From the IMG/VR virus record IMGVR_UViG_3300045256_000282, positions 64,001-128,000 of that record: a DNA stretch of 64,000 nucleotides; one strand, written 5' to 3'. Made by a program: the position numbers and the translations under genes. This DNA is from a virus. The notes under the pieces were generated by a model, which saw only the letters and a list, made by a program, of their open reading frames with translations, was not told where the DNA came from and ran no database searches. Positions 37,901-46,541 of this stretch are shown here, piece by piece; the first letter of the stretch is position 1, and each line of letters begins with the position of its first letter.

Positions 37901-38550
37901 CGACCGGAGTACTTGGAAATCAAGGAAATCTTATCTTAGAAGAGCGCACTCCTTTTACTGGATACAAGCATATCCGCATGATAACCGTAGACCCAGCAAA
38001 TACTCTTCAACGAGGTATCGTTGTTTTTGATACACGATACCAGTCAAACAGAATCAACGAGGCGTCTGGAACTCAAATTTCTGCGGTAGGCAAGATGGAG
38101 TTTAGTGAAGTTCTAAGAAAAGGTCTTGATAGTTACAGGTACGACATCGGTCTTATCGGAGAAGCAAACAGGATCGTTTATGGAGAACCTAGAGACAACA
38201 CCACCTACCCAGGTGTTGCTGCTGCGGGCGCGGAGATCTTCATCAGACCTCCTCTTATCAGGAGAGTTAAGGTTGGAGTGGCTGTAAGACTTGAAACAGG
38301 TATTCCGTTTTCTCAGATCGTTGAGCAAGTTCGTACCAACGTCTCGGCTTTGATCAACGGTAATCCGATCGGAGTGCCGATCGCTATCTCCGACATCGTT
38401 GCGGCGGTCAATGCGATCCCCGGCGTTCGCGCTATGGTCATAACCTCTCCGCTGTACAACATATCAAACGATACGATCAACATCGGTCCTAGCGAAAAGG
38501 CTAAGGTCATTGACCCAGTCAATGATATCTCTACTACGCAGATCAACTGA
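31999..38550 (+). CDS. Giant baseplate J-like wedge protein (2183 aa)
   Basis: N-terminal J signature (RAKGDAL...ARVASGQVT...PGTGGNVPIGAI...GRDVETDEELQIRI) and J-type C-terminus (PIGVPIAISDIVAAVNAIPGV). Confidence 0.8.
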   Translation: MATPQPKSYEQFLGDMLRAYIAKTGINDLNTGSAVTAFYEAVALEIARTSGDVFQLLRDLSVDRAKGDALRKIAKDEGLQELPARVASGQVTVTDTSFSKISTKIYAGANPPNIGSNTILVSDATDFPAVGSVYIGRGSPNVEGPIAYSAKTPIGGYWAIVLTSPTTKFHNINESVILAQGGVRNIQAGTVVRAPASGSSPDINFSVTKPAVILDGETTVDGVQVSAQEPGTGGNVPIGAIREFSADPFSGASVTNALPFKTGRDVETDEELQIRIKRARLSKGLGTVLAVKNSVIGATPSDENATIVSSEILTSSDGLTTLFVDDGTGYESKTNGVGIEVLVDAAIGGEDHFQLKTGGRQTSIAKAFIVSNLKAPFDVAGTDKLSISIGGTVTEHTFSDSDFVSPGGATGYEIVASINANTALGFSAATVNGGTQIILFGKVESNEAIQAQEVTSGRNVATLIGLPSNKVETARLFKNKVPLSKDGAKATISSAKQVDWSASIASGDTLILSVDGTASITYSILDADFIAQGTYTTVSAGNSLESWVAVLNNKLTGVTAAIVGERITITSNLGQSNRAKVSIDASSTLVTKGMFSTAEGLTSSGKAADYQLSRNTAQVRLNTPLSAGDSLTAGTQDTEARIQSSRILGGTVTLSSDAYFWLMVDDELASLVSTAVVANTIINVTKPSANIVRYSSTSPSAFSNVQVGDYVIVWSQELSAANRLEGRVHAVSALNLDIKVASAEYAAAVVEGPIVFQDGFVVLRSKKVPQKFKVGAGTKSLSEIADELNLQSTNCKFSVFDDEILVLNTLTKTDSGAILVVTADTNAKPISLPVGTSNTSNESLYAFYESGFIEGGFPLFVHSDFASDSSGVPPDSYISSIGTGINLSAAGLDPNFIVGYLQPYGNILDALSPSENTPLDSYSGSNISIEQDKFVKRLRVGDRWYAANPLDFGQEEEMIVVLDGDASNKTFTVPFYRRTKTNSTLAVNPNSFNAYDLDAGLTAPFTTYFSSSYKFDNYKVLMRARNVLDPSGIQNALLYRSTQWGRSGEKVNIGYIYPTSANSPISSVVTVDKNVNISISLKSGATIPTTIDGSTEWDVTITPNTPSAGIDQVTYSWTGTGSAPGLTGLAGGEYVNILSGSQLDPANTGTFRISTEAGFAPTSTSFTVARQNGSAVAESNKATLVANVFSFYASSATTGSEIQSYVASSLSNFLEATIVNDTGLSGGGTIVLSTFEDSGFTYSSIFLKDGLNWIASTNLAGSPQFTFKKSLDLPTAQGYAFTDGEEIRLVPTNLEQLVSFLNVLAVTGYTTLGRINTTRRDGRLELSTKTLGGDGSVQVVGGQANASETPVLGTSLVSENKYVLTNVNKSGLDGLHSDQWVRLESANKQKKETLFKSSMSVRIESNVPTSNQSTITLGNRTLADRHFGKPRHHVRTRSRNFKVERQGNLTCFSWDGTGTQPFFEKLVNLDDASGGTLNVQRVTGTSETQYIILTGNTNFTEVSIGDLISVQNMLKSANNGTFLVTGVSSDGKILRVLNANGQDQFSTGTFTITDNTDISGDSFIVNGNVLIAGVDFVVGGSASVSAQNLASTISALPGVSATSFGNVVTILADNASANITISYVNTVGSPGAVASGPSLAGDTFSSGDFSCTTEVAENDTIIIGSPFNILNQGKYRIVRRYNNSFYVENLNSVEELVSIPYNPVSLGFDGTTGFDIVASDNKIVLSWDGSGTEPQLGNAKVGDEITFGSDFAASNQGTWMVSKSQGKLKEVTKITTPQGSLIGAGQYFYLNAAEDSTLYYVWYKVNGIGVDPAVVGRTGILVNIASTDTSSQVASLTAAAIDVLADFVATSSGSSVRVTNAAFGPSTDAANINVGGGIVIQVVQQGQRTSLEAINAAAVSESGIVVTDVLEIHRPPFLTYEYEATVADDTFMITSDFLGSSNQGNWKVLSVLDQDRIVVSGAMSDLDPTGVLGNQGNLILEERTPFTGYKHIRMITVDPANTLQRGIVVFDTRYQSNRINEASGTQISAVGKMEFSEVLRKGLDSYRYDIGLIGEANRIVYGEPRDNTTYPGVAAAGAEIFIRPPLIRRVKVGVAVRLETGIPFSQIVEQVRTNVSALINGNPIGVPIAISDIVAAVNAIPGVRAMVITSPLYNISNDTINIGPSEKAKVIDPVNDISTTQIN

Positions 38551-38557
38551 GGTTTGA

Positions 38558-40162
38558 ATGGCCGATAACGAAGAAAAAGAGTATAAGCGGTTAAGGGAGT
38601 TCTTAAATCCAGCAATTAAGGGTAAGAACACCGAGGCCGTCTTGCGCTCATTGGCAAAAGGTGCTGGATACCTAGTAGATCAGGTTGAAGCTGTAAATGA
38701 GCAACTTTACATAGCAACCGCCTCTGAACGATACTTGGATCAACGTCTTGCCGACTATAACCTTGTTCGCCCACCAAACGTTGGTCTGTCTGACGACGTG
38801 TTCAGAGAGATCGGTATTGCTGTAATTAACAGGAAGCAAGTTAGGGACCTAATCGAGCAGCTACTTTTGGCGATGTTCGGCGACGAATCTACTAACGCAA
38901 CTTCAAGAAGTTCAGTATTAGAACCCTACAACCTAGACGACGGCGACACGATTCAAATCTCTTTTGATGGTCAGGATACCGTTACCGTTCCTTTTACAAC
39001 AGACCAGTTTGCCAGCATAAGCAGCGCAAGTGCAGAGGAAGTTGCGGACGCCATAACGAGAGGTTTGAGAAAACAGGGTAAGACCGGAAGAGCTTTCGCA
39101 AAAGACGATGGCGCTGGTGGCTATGTGGTATTGATCTCAGATACTGTAGGTCCTTCGTCTTCTGTCACTGTTCAAGGCGGTAGAGCGCAGAACGTACTCA
39201 AGTTTGATAAGATCAGACCAACGATCGCAGGCCCCTCAACAACCTGGACTGTTAGTCAGATCTCTGGCGGATCTCTTCGTTTTACTTGGACCTCTGGGGC
39301 GAATCCGGGGATCGGAAAAGTAAGAGAAGGTGATTATGTTAACATTTATGGTACTGCTTTTAATCTCGAAAATCGTGGCACGTATACGATCACGTCGGTC
39401 AAAGGTGGAACTGTAGGAAATGCCTACTTTGAGATCGACAATCCAAACGGCACTCCTCAGGTCACTAATCAAGGGACCGTAGACGCCATACTTTTCTTTA
39501 ACCCTTTCGTCAACAACATCAGCACCAAGAGACGGTTTGCTGCAGCGTATCAGGTTGAGTCAAGGCTTCTTGAAGTTTTTATTCCTGCCACCACTAAGGT
39601 TGTTCGTCGCGAACGAATCGGATCGGCACATCTGCACGATGACGGTCTGCCGAGCCAACCTGGAGTTGAAGGTCCTTACATTTATGATCTCGAACAACCG
39701 TTCGTTATCTCTAACGTTGGGACGACATCAAACACGCAGTATGATCCAGACACTGGTCGGGTTATCTTCGTAAATGATGCGTCGACTTTTCCTGACGAGC
39801 AAGGATTTCTTATCTTAGGGTATGGCACCTCTCACCAGGAAGGTCCCATTCCTTATCTTGCTAGACCAAGCAATGGCTCGCTGCTATTAAATCCTTCTTA
39901 CAGGATAAAAAATATCCATCCTGCAGGAACTGACGTAGCTCTTGTTGCACAAACTGGACCTGTTGTCATCTCAAAAGATGGAACAGATTTTCCTTTTTAC
40001 ATCACCGATGTTGTGGCGGGGCGCTTGTACGCTCAAGACCTCATCAATACGGTGGCCGCTACTGGTATAAACGTTTTGATCACGATCGTTTACCCTGGAG
40101 ATGAGGGATTGTCTAAGTGGGGAACTGACAACAGCGAAAAAGTATCGGTATGGGGTGAATAA
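38558..40162 (+). CDS. Baseplate wedge subunit (gpI-like N-terminus)
   Basis: YIATASERYLD...LSDDVFRE; immediately after J. Confidence 0.65.
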   Translation: MADNEEKEYKRLREFLNPAIKGKNTEAVLRSLAKGAGYLVDQVEAVNEQLYIATASERYLDQRLADYNLVRPPNVGLSDDVFREIGIAVINRKQVRDLIEQLLLAMFGDESTNATSRSSVLEPYNLDDGDTIQISFDGQDTVTVPFTTDQFASISSASAEEVADAITRGLRKQGKTGRAFAKDDGAGGYVVLISDTVGPSSSVTVQGGRAQNVLKFDKIRPTIAGPSTTWTVSQISGGSLRFTWTSGANPGIGKVREGDYVNIYGTAFNLENRGTYTITSVKGGTVGNAYFEIDNPNGTPQVTNQGTVDAILFFNPFVNNISTKRRFAAAYQVESRLLEVFIPATTKVVRRERIGSAHLHDDGLPSQPGVEGPYIYDLEQPFVISNVGTTSNTQYDPDTGRVIFVNDASTFPDEQGFLILGYGTSHQEGPIPYLARPSNGSLLLNPSYRIKNIHPAGTDVALVAQTGPVVISKDGTDFPFYITDVVAGRLYAQDLINTVAATGINVLITIVYPGDEGLSKWGTDNSEKVSVWGE

Positions 40163-40584
40163 TGAAGAGTTTAATCTTAACAGGCCCATGCGTAAAGCTT
40201 TTTATAAACAATAAGCTTTATAAAGAAGTTCAGCAAGTTTCCTACTCGATCGACTACGGCGAGTACGAGATCTTTGGCATCGATTCGTCTTTTCCTCAAG
40301 AGATAGCGCCAGGAAGGTCTATGGTCAGAGGATCTATAACCGGCATCAGGATCAAGTACTCCGGGGGTATTCAGGCCTACGATGCAAGGCCCCTTATAAG
40401 AAACCTTATCGCAGCTCCGTACATAAGCATACGCTTAAACGACAGGGCTAGTGGGGAAGATGTGTTGTTTGTTCAGAATGCGAAGATAACGAATCAAAAG
40501 GTCAGCATTGGTGCAAAAGGCACCGTAAAGCTGAGCTTTGATTTTTCAGGGCTGATAGCTTACGAACCCCTGGATAGGGCCTAA
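40162..40584 (+). CDS. Tail tube-like protein
   Basis: 140-aa beta-rich protein, VQQVSYSIDY...IFGIDS..PQEIAPG. Confidence 0.5.
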   Translation: MKSLILTGPCVKLFINNKLYKEVQQVSYSIDYGEYEIFGIDSSFPQEIAPGRSMVRGSITGIRIKYSGGIQAYDARPLIRNLIAAPYISIRLNDRASGEDVLFVQNAKITNQKVSIGAKGTVKLSFDFSGLIAYEPLDRA

Positions 40585-40952
40585 TCTTGTACGTCTGGAG
40601 TAAACTTCTTACCGCGAGTTCTATGGGGGCAAGAGTCACATTTCCTGTAATACCAGGTTTCTGCGATCTTGTAGTACTTAACCATGCGTAACTTACCTTC
40701 TTTACACTTAAAGCAAGTCCGATCTTTCCCGACTGGTTTGGTCAAGCATGGCTCTGGAAGGGTCATCTTTTCGTCTTTTGAATCGTACCGATCCAAACAA
40801 CCTGGACACCAACCAGACTCAAGTCTGTTTAAGTTCTTGCGAATTCGTGATATTTCGGTCTTCAGCTTCTTGTTCTCGTGCGCTAACTTCTGGATTTTAC
40901 TGAATTCTTTATCACCGCGACTGCCTTTTCCACCGTTCCAGCTCTTTGACAT
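40581..40952 (-). CDS. Zinc-finger/coiled-coil protein, antisense within the structural region
   Basis: CPGC, CFKC, CDSC; GAGG RBS. Confidence 0.65.
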   Translation of the reverse strand: MSKSWNGGKGSRGDKEFSKIQKLAHENKKLKTEISRIRKNLNRLESGWCPGCLDRYDSKDEKMTLPEPCLTKPVGKDRTCFKCKEGKLRMVKYYKIAETWYYRKCDSCPHRTRGKKFTPDVQD

Positions 40953-41066
40953 ATCTTTTTGTACCTCAAGTACCCTAAGTTCAAGATTGCGCTGTCGTGA
41001 TAATGATATCGTAATAATGGGTCGTTTTCAACAGGACCGAATCTTTATAGGTAGAAGGACTCTATC

Positions 41067-43820
41067 ATGGCAGTAAGGCGTAGACAGAATTGGGTATCCC
41101 AGCAACGAGTTGACGTTCCGCATATTCGGTCGTTAGAGTCTGCCGCGTCCAATGACTTTGACGAACTTTTAAAGGGTTTCGTCACCGGCTCTAGCGGTCT
41201 GATCCTCAGAGGGTTTGAGATCAACATGACGGGCGCTATCGGGGGCGCAGCCGCTGGATTACAGCTCATCGTAGCCGATGGATGCATTTTTCATACCACA
41301 TCAAACGAATCCGGTACGTTTTACGTAGTCCCATCCTCAACCTCACCTGAGGTGATGAACTCGACTATCAACACCAGGGTTTCGGGGGCCTTTACTCCAA
41401 ACGCTGTCAACTATGTGGGTATCGAGTATGAGCGCATAATCGACGACACGACTTCTGACCAGATCTATATCTGGGACCCAACCAATAAGAACGAGGTGAC
41501 CAAGACCGTACCTCTAGCAAAGATCCTTCGCTATAAGATCGTAATCACGACAAGCGTTTGGGCTGCAAACGTTCTTCCTATCGCAAAAGTTACAACCGAT
41601 GTCGCTGGCAACGTCGTCGACGTTACTGACCAAAGAGCTATGCTCTTCAGGCTCGGAAGCGCCGGATACTCGAACCCAAACCCAGCATACGTTTATCCTT
41701 GGACAAATCAATCTGAGGGCCGATCTGAGAATCCACCAACCTCCACCTCTAATTCTTTAAATCCTTTCCACGGTGGGGATAAGATGATCTTCAACTTGAA
41801 GGAGTGGATGGACGCCATCATGTCCTCCTTCAAAGAGATCAAGGGAACCACCTACTGGTACTCCGAAAACTCTGGTGGGTCGCTAGTAGGATTAAGAGCA
41901 GACCTCGGGAACCTGGTATTTACTGGTAAGGGTAACATCTCTCACGATGCTACGACGGCTGGTAAGATTAACTGGTCTCAGGACATCTACCTTAAATTTA
42001 TCGGAAGCAGACTTTCCTACAAGATCGCTGCTAACACTTCTAGCTCAGACATCGTACTAGCTGATGATCAGGTTGCTTACTTCAAGCTTATTCGCGAGCA
42101 AACTATCATACCAAACCTCATCTGGACCAACGCTTCGGCTATCGTAGCCTCTGTTGGCGCTGTTGCTTGGACAGGGCCACTCGTTGCCGGTGACTGGTTA
42201 AAGCTTGCAACAGACGACACTACCCAATATTACCAGATTCAATCAGTTGATTCTTTGAGCCAAATCACACTAACAGTTCCGTTTGGCGGATCTTCAACAG
42301 GACCATCTGGCGCTAAGTCTCAATATGCTTTTGGTGTTTATCAAACCGATCCAGCACCTTCTACCGATCGCCACATCAAGATCGCAGCTAGAAAAGATGT
42401 TCCTTTTGATCAGAATAATTTCTGGATCATGGTTCGTGCAGATAACGGCGGAAGCACAGCTCGAGTTTACGCACGGTTCATGGCTGCTGAGCTTGAACAA
42501 GGTGAGCGCCGCCAGATCAGCGACAACCAAACCGATAACATCTTAGACTACATAGGTTCTCCAGACGAAGTGTCGTATGAGCCGCTGTATTCAACTCTTT
42601 TAGGACCCCTAGTTTCCGAGTCTACCGATATCGTGGTACCGAACGCCGTTTCTATCACAAGCGGCCAGTATTTTACTATCAATTCTGCAAACGACGCGAC
42701 CAGTTATTACGTTTGGTTTAACCGTGATGGAGCTGGTGGCGACCCCCTTGTTGTCGGAAAAACCCCTATTTCTGTAGCTATTTCTACTGGAGATTCGGCA
42801 AGTACGGTTGCTTCCGCTCTTGCGTCTTCACTTAACGCTCTTTCTGATTTTAGTGCATCTGCAGTAGGAAGCACCGTAACAGTTACCAATACGACCGTTG
42901 GACCATGTACTGATGCAGCTAACTTTAACGTTGGCGGAGCTTTCTCTATCACAGTAACCACCCAAGGTACTGGTCAGGCAAATCATTACATTATAGATAC
43001 GGAAAACCTGACTCTTTCCATCAAGAGACTTGATCGAGCAATTTTTGCAAATGCTGCAGATACAGATCCTAAAGCTTACGAAGAAGCCTACGATGTAATT
43101 GCCCCTATAACTGCAGGGACCAACATCACTATCCCCGTAGACTCTCGTTCAGGCGGATCAGTTAAGACCTATACGGTTGGCAAGGGACAACTTGCTGTTT
43201 TCTTAAACGGCCAATACCTTAGGTTGAACGACGACTTCTCTGAAGTTGGTTCTTCTGGCACCCAAAGCAACACGATACAAACATTAATAAATCTTGTTGC
43301 TGGAGATGTGCTTGAATTTAGGCTGATCAAGAACGGTTCTGGTGGAAGCGGCGGTGGAGGTGGTAGCGGAGAATCCAACACTGCTTCTAACCTTGGTAGC
43401 GGGGCAAGTGTATTTAAACAAAAAGTCGGTGTAGATCTTCAGTTCAGACGCATCAACGCCGGAGCTGGCGTTGTGGTTACTCAGAACGCAAACGATATCA
43501 CGATCACTTCAACTCCGGTTGCGGCTAGCGATAACGTTGTTGTTGTAAGTGGAACCAACTATACAGCTACCGTTGCGAACGACGCAATCTTGATCTCTGC
43601 TTCTGGAAGTAACAGAAACGTTGTGCTCCCAAGCGCTATTGGGAACTCTGGTAAGAGGATCAAGATCAAGATGCTTGATTCTGGTTTCCAGATTCTTATT
43701 AAGACCGTACTGAACCAGACGATTGACGGAGTTGACTGTACCGTATCGTCACTGAACATCGCTACTCAGTACGAGGTTGTTGAAGTGATCAGCGATGGCG
43801 CAAATTGGTGGATCGTATAA
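41067..43820 (+). CDS. Baseplate/tail fibre attachment protein
   Basis: 917-aa modular Thr/Ser/Gly-rich protein; shares a module with the J protein. Confidence 0.6.
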   Translation: MAVRRRQNWVSQQRVDVPHIRSLESAASNDFDELLKGFVTGSSGLILRGFEINMTGAIGGAAAGLQLIVADGCIFHTTSNESGTFYVVPSSTSPEVMNSTINTRVSGAFTPNAVNYVGIEYERIIDDTTSDQIYIWDPTNKNEVTKTVPLAKILRYKIVITTSVWAANVLPIAKVTTDVAGNVVDVTDQRAMLFRLGSAGYSNPNPAYVYPWTNQSEGRSENPPTSTSNSLNPFHGGDKMIFNLKEWMDAIMSSFKEIKGTTYWYSENSGGSLVGLRADLGNLVFTGKGNISHDATTAGKINWSQDIYLKFIGSRLSYKIAANTSSSDIVLADDQVAYFKLIREQTIIPNLIWTNASAIVASVGAVAWTGPLVAGDWLKLATDDTTQYYQIQSVDSLSQITLTVPFGGSSTGPSGAKSQYAFGVYQTDPAPSTDRHIKIAARKDVPFDQNNFWIMVRADNGGSTARVYARFMAAELEQGERRQISDNQTDNILDYIGSPDEVSYEPLYSTLLGPLVSESTDIVVPNAVSITSGQYFTINSANDATSYYVWFNRDGAGGDPLVVGKTPISVAISTGDSASTVASALASSLNALSDFSASAVGSTVTVTNTTVGPCTDAANFNVGGAFSITVTTQGTGQANHYIIDTENLTLSIKRLDRAIFANAADTDPKAYEEAYDVIAPITAGTNITIPVDSRSGGSVKTYTVGKGQLAVFLNGQYLRLNDDFSEVGSSGTQSNTIQTLINLVAGDVLEFRLIKNGSGGSGGGGGSGESNTASNLGSGASVFKQKVGVDLQFRRINAGAGVVVTQNANDITITSTPVAASDNVVVVSGTNYTATVANDAILISASGSNRNVVLPSAIGNSGKRIKIKMLDSGFQILIKTVLNQTIDGVDCTVSSLNIATQYEVVEVISDGANWWIV

Positions 43821-43821
43821 T

Positions 43822-44271
43822 ATGAGCTATAGACCATACGCAGCAATCATCGCAGAAGCATCTTCCTCAGCGTCGGGAATCAAGTTTGATCTTAAGAACG
43901 ACAGCGGCTCGGCCATCTCTGCCCTTCAACCAGTATCAACCGACGTTTTTGGTAAGGCAAAGGCCGTAGACGTTTCCGTAGAGTCAGATGCTTTGAAGGT
44001 CGTAGGCATAGCTGGTTCCAGCATCCCCAACGGTAGTTATGGCAGCATCTATAGCCATGGCAAGGTAGAGAACATCACCACTTCCTATGATTTTGGGGAT
44101 TATATATACGTGTCAAAAACAGGCGGACTGACCAACATCCTACCTTCCGAAGGCGTAGACGGGTTTGTGTCTGGTGATTTTATAATCAGGGTAGGGATAA
44201 TCGTTAGAAATCGAGTTACCCCTAGCCAAAAAGATTTAGTGATCAACATAGGCATAATCGGACAGGTGTAA
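43822..44271 (+). CDS. Virion decoration/cement-like protein
   Basis: VVGIA...GKV...GDYIYVSKTGGLT...RVG pattern. Confidence 0.5.
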   Translation: MSYRPYAAIIAEASSSASGIKFDLKNDSGSAISALQPVSTDVFGKAKAVDVSVESDALKVVGIAGSSIPNGSYGSIYSHGKVENITTSYDFGDYIYVSKTGGLTNILPSEGVDGFVSGDFIIRVGIIVRNRVTPSQKDLVINIGIIGQV

Positions 44272-44274
44272 GTT

Positions 44275-44472
44275 ATGGAAAGAATTAGGAAAGTTGACGT
44301 AGAAAAGCTTTCAGATCAAGACCTCAAGAACGTTGAGGACATGATTTCTAAGAAGATGAAAGAGATCACAGAGAAAGCGATTGTTGAAGCAAATCGCTAT
44401 CTTAACGTGTACGGCTATGAGGCGATCATGGCAATTCAGTTCAAACCCAAAGAAGAGGAATCTTTAGAGTAA
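44275..44472 (+). CDS. Hypothetical protein
   Basis: ORF track. Confidence 0.55.
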   Translation: MERIRKVDVEKLSDQDLKNVEDMISKKMKEITEKAIVEANRYLNVYGYEAIMAIQFKPKEEESLE

Positions 44473-44497
44473 GGTCCAAAGGACATAGGAGATAAAA

Positions 44498-46213
44498 ATG
44501 GCCGACATTAGCAAACTATCAAGATTATTTAACGGGGTCGCAAGGCAGGTTGACCTGTCCCTTAACACCCTGGTTGTGGACAACCTCAAGGTAAAGCTGG
44601 GCGGTTCAAGCCAGTTTACCTTCTCGGGATCGCTTACGGCTGGCCGTACGATCACGATGCCTGACGCCGACGTTAATCTAGGCTATATTGCAGCTCTAGT
44701 CACCCTGTCCGGGGTTTCTGGCGGGGCAACGGATCTTGGTACCTTTACCGGAACTACGATCTCTGACAACCGTACGATCAAGCAAGCTCTTCAAGACCTT
44801 GAAACCTATGTCGAAACCGTAAGTGCTAATAACGAGTTTCTTGATAGCCTTTTCAGGATCAAGGACAACTCTGACCCATCTAAGAAGATCGCCTTCGAAG
44901 CTTCCGGCATCTCCACCGGAACTGTTCGTACAATCACGATGCCTGATGCTGACGTTAACTTGGCAGATGCTAATAATGCCATCTTAAAGAACGGCACTCG
45001 CTCGTTTACTGCCGACCAGTCGATGGGCGGAAACAAGCTGACCAACTTGGCAGATCCTATCTCCTCTCAAGATGCTGTCACCTTGGCCTACATGAATGCT
45101 CGCTTGAACGGCCTCACTCCTAAGGCACCTGTTCGAGCTGCAACTACCGCAAACATCACGCTAAGCGGCGCTCAAACGATCGACACCGTGTCTATTGTTG
45201 CTGGTAACCGCGTTCTCGTTAAGAACCAGACGTTGCCAGAACAAAACGGTATCTACGTGGCTGCAGCCGGAGCATGGTCTCGCGCTGCCGATATGGACTC
45301 CCTTACCCCGTTTGATGAGTTCAACGGAGCGTGGACGGCTGTTCAAGAAGGTAGCCAGGCTGGCCAAGTTTATGTTCAGTACGGAACCGTTGCTACGGTT
45401 GGAACAGACCCCGTAACCTGGGCGTTCTACAATCCGATCGCAGGCCTTATCGGCGGTGATATGATCACCTTCGCAGGATCGACCTTCTCGGTTGACCTTG
45501 CTACTGTTTCAGGTCTCGAGTCTAGCAACCCAGGAAACGTTGCGGGTCAGCTCCGAGTTAAGCTCGAAGCCTCTAACCCAAGCTTGCGCATCACCGGCTC
45601 TAACGAGCTTGCTGCGAAGCTTGACGCGGCTGGTGCTATCACTAGCGGATCTGGTGGATTGATCGTCGGAACCGATGGCTCTACTACCGAGATCGCTTCT
45701 AACCAAGTCCGAGTAAAAGACGCGGGTATTACGGCTGCTAAGCTCAACACGAACGTTGCTGACCAATCAACCATCACTGGCGGCGCTGGATCTGCTCTTG
45801 CAGTTCAAAATGCTCCGTTGGTTCGCAAGAGCATGGTTGCTGGCGAAGCTTTTGCTGCCAACACCTCGTTCCTCGTTCGTATGGCGGTCAGCGGTGAAAC
45901 TGCTGGACGCGTTTACAAGGCTGATAAGGACGCCTCTGTTACTGATAAGTTTTACGTTGTCGGAGTTGCCCTTTCAACCTCAGCAGTATCGGCTGGACAA
46001 AGCATCACTGTTGTCAGCTTGGGTACCAGCGTGCTAGGATCTAGTGACACCCCGTTCGTGTCAGGAGATGTTGGCAAGGCAGTATTCTTGACTAGTTCGG
46101 GCGCTTTTTCGACGACCGCTCCTTCGGCAGCCAACGAAGCTGTTGCGCGAGTTGGTATCGTTGAAAACACGGATCGTATCTGGGTACAACCTGGGGTGGT
46201 CGGAGTTAATTAA
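44498..46213 (+). CDS. Tail/head fibre-like structural protein
   Basis: VRAATTANITLSGAQTID...RVLVKNQT...NGIY...WSRA fibre domain; duplicated RTITMPDADVNL. Confidence 0.7.
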   Translation: MADISKLSRLFNGVARQVDLSLNTLVVDNLKVKLGGSSQFTFSGSLTAGRTITMPDADVNLGYIAALVTLSGVSGGATDLGTFTGTTISDNRTIKQALQDLETYVETVSANNEFLDSLFRIKDNSDPSKKIAFEASGISTGTVRTITMPDADVNLADANNAILKNGTRSFTADQSMGGNKLTNLADPISSQDAVTLAYMNARLNGLTPKAPVRAATTANITLSGAQTIDTVSIVAGNRVLVKNQTLPEQNGIYVAAAGAWSRAADMDSLTPFDEFNGAWTAVQEGSQAGQVYVQYGTVATVGTDPVTWAFYNPIAGLIGGDMITFAGSTFSVDLATVSGLESSNPGNVAGQLRVKLEASNPSLRITGSNELAAKLDAAGAITSGSGGLIVGTDGSTTEIASNQVRVKDAGITAAKLNTNVADQSTITGGAGSALAVQNAPLVRKSMVAGEAFAANTSFLVRMAVSGETAGRVYKADKDASVTDKFYVVGVALSTSAVSAGQSITVVSLGTSVLGSSDTPFVSGDVGKAVFLTSSGAFSTTAPSAANEAVARVGIVENTDRIWVQPGVVGVN

Positions 46214-46539
46214 TGGCTAAGTTCACGAGGATCGTTAATGGAGTTTTGAGGTCTTTTGACGAGTCGGGTACCCCGACCGTCTACCTCCAACCTATTGACA
46301 TCGTATCGTCAGGGGCTGGTGCAAACCAGCTCAACGGTCCCGTGACGGCTGGTACTAACGTTACCTTGCCATCAAGCGGAACGTATAGCGGAGACGAGTT
46401 GATCGTAACGCTCAACGGCTCGTACTTAGACCCTGTTTTTGACTACAACTACGTGGGATCGGGAACCAGAACGCAAGTTTCTTTCACCTTTGACTTGGTA
46501 GTTGGTGATAGAATAGACTTCAAGAAGTATAGGAACTAA
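46213..46539 (+). CDS. Small structural protein
   Basis: Resembles the LAVFLNG...DF...GD module of 41067..43820. Confidence 0.55.
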   Translation: MAKFTRIVNGVLRSFDESGTPTVYLQPIDIVSSGAGANQLNGPVTAGTNVTLPSSGTYSGDELIVTLNGSYLDPVFDYNYVGSGTRTQVSFTFDLVVGDRIDFKKYRN

Positions 46540-46541
46540 TC

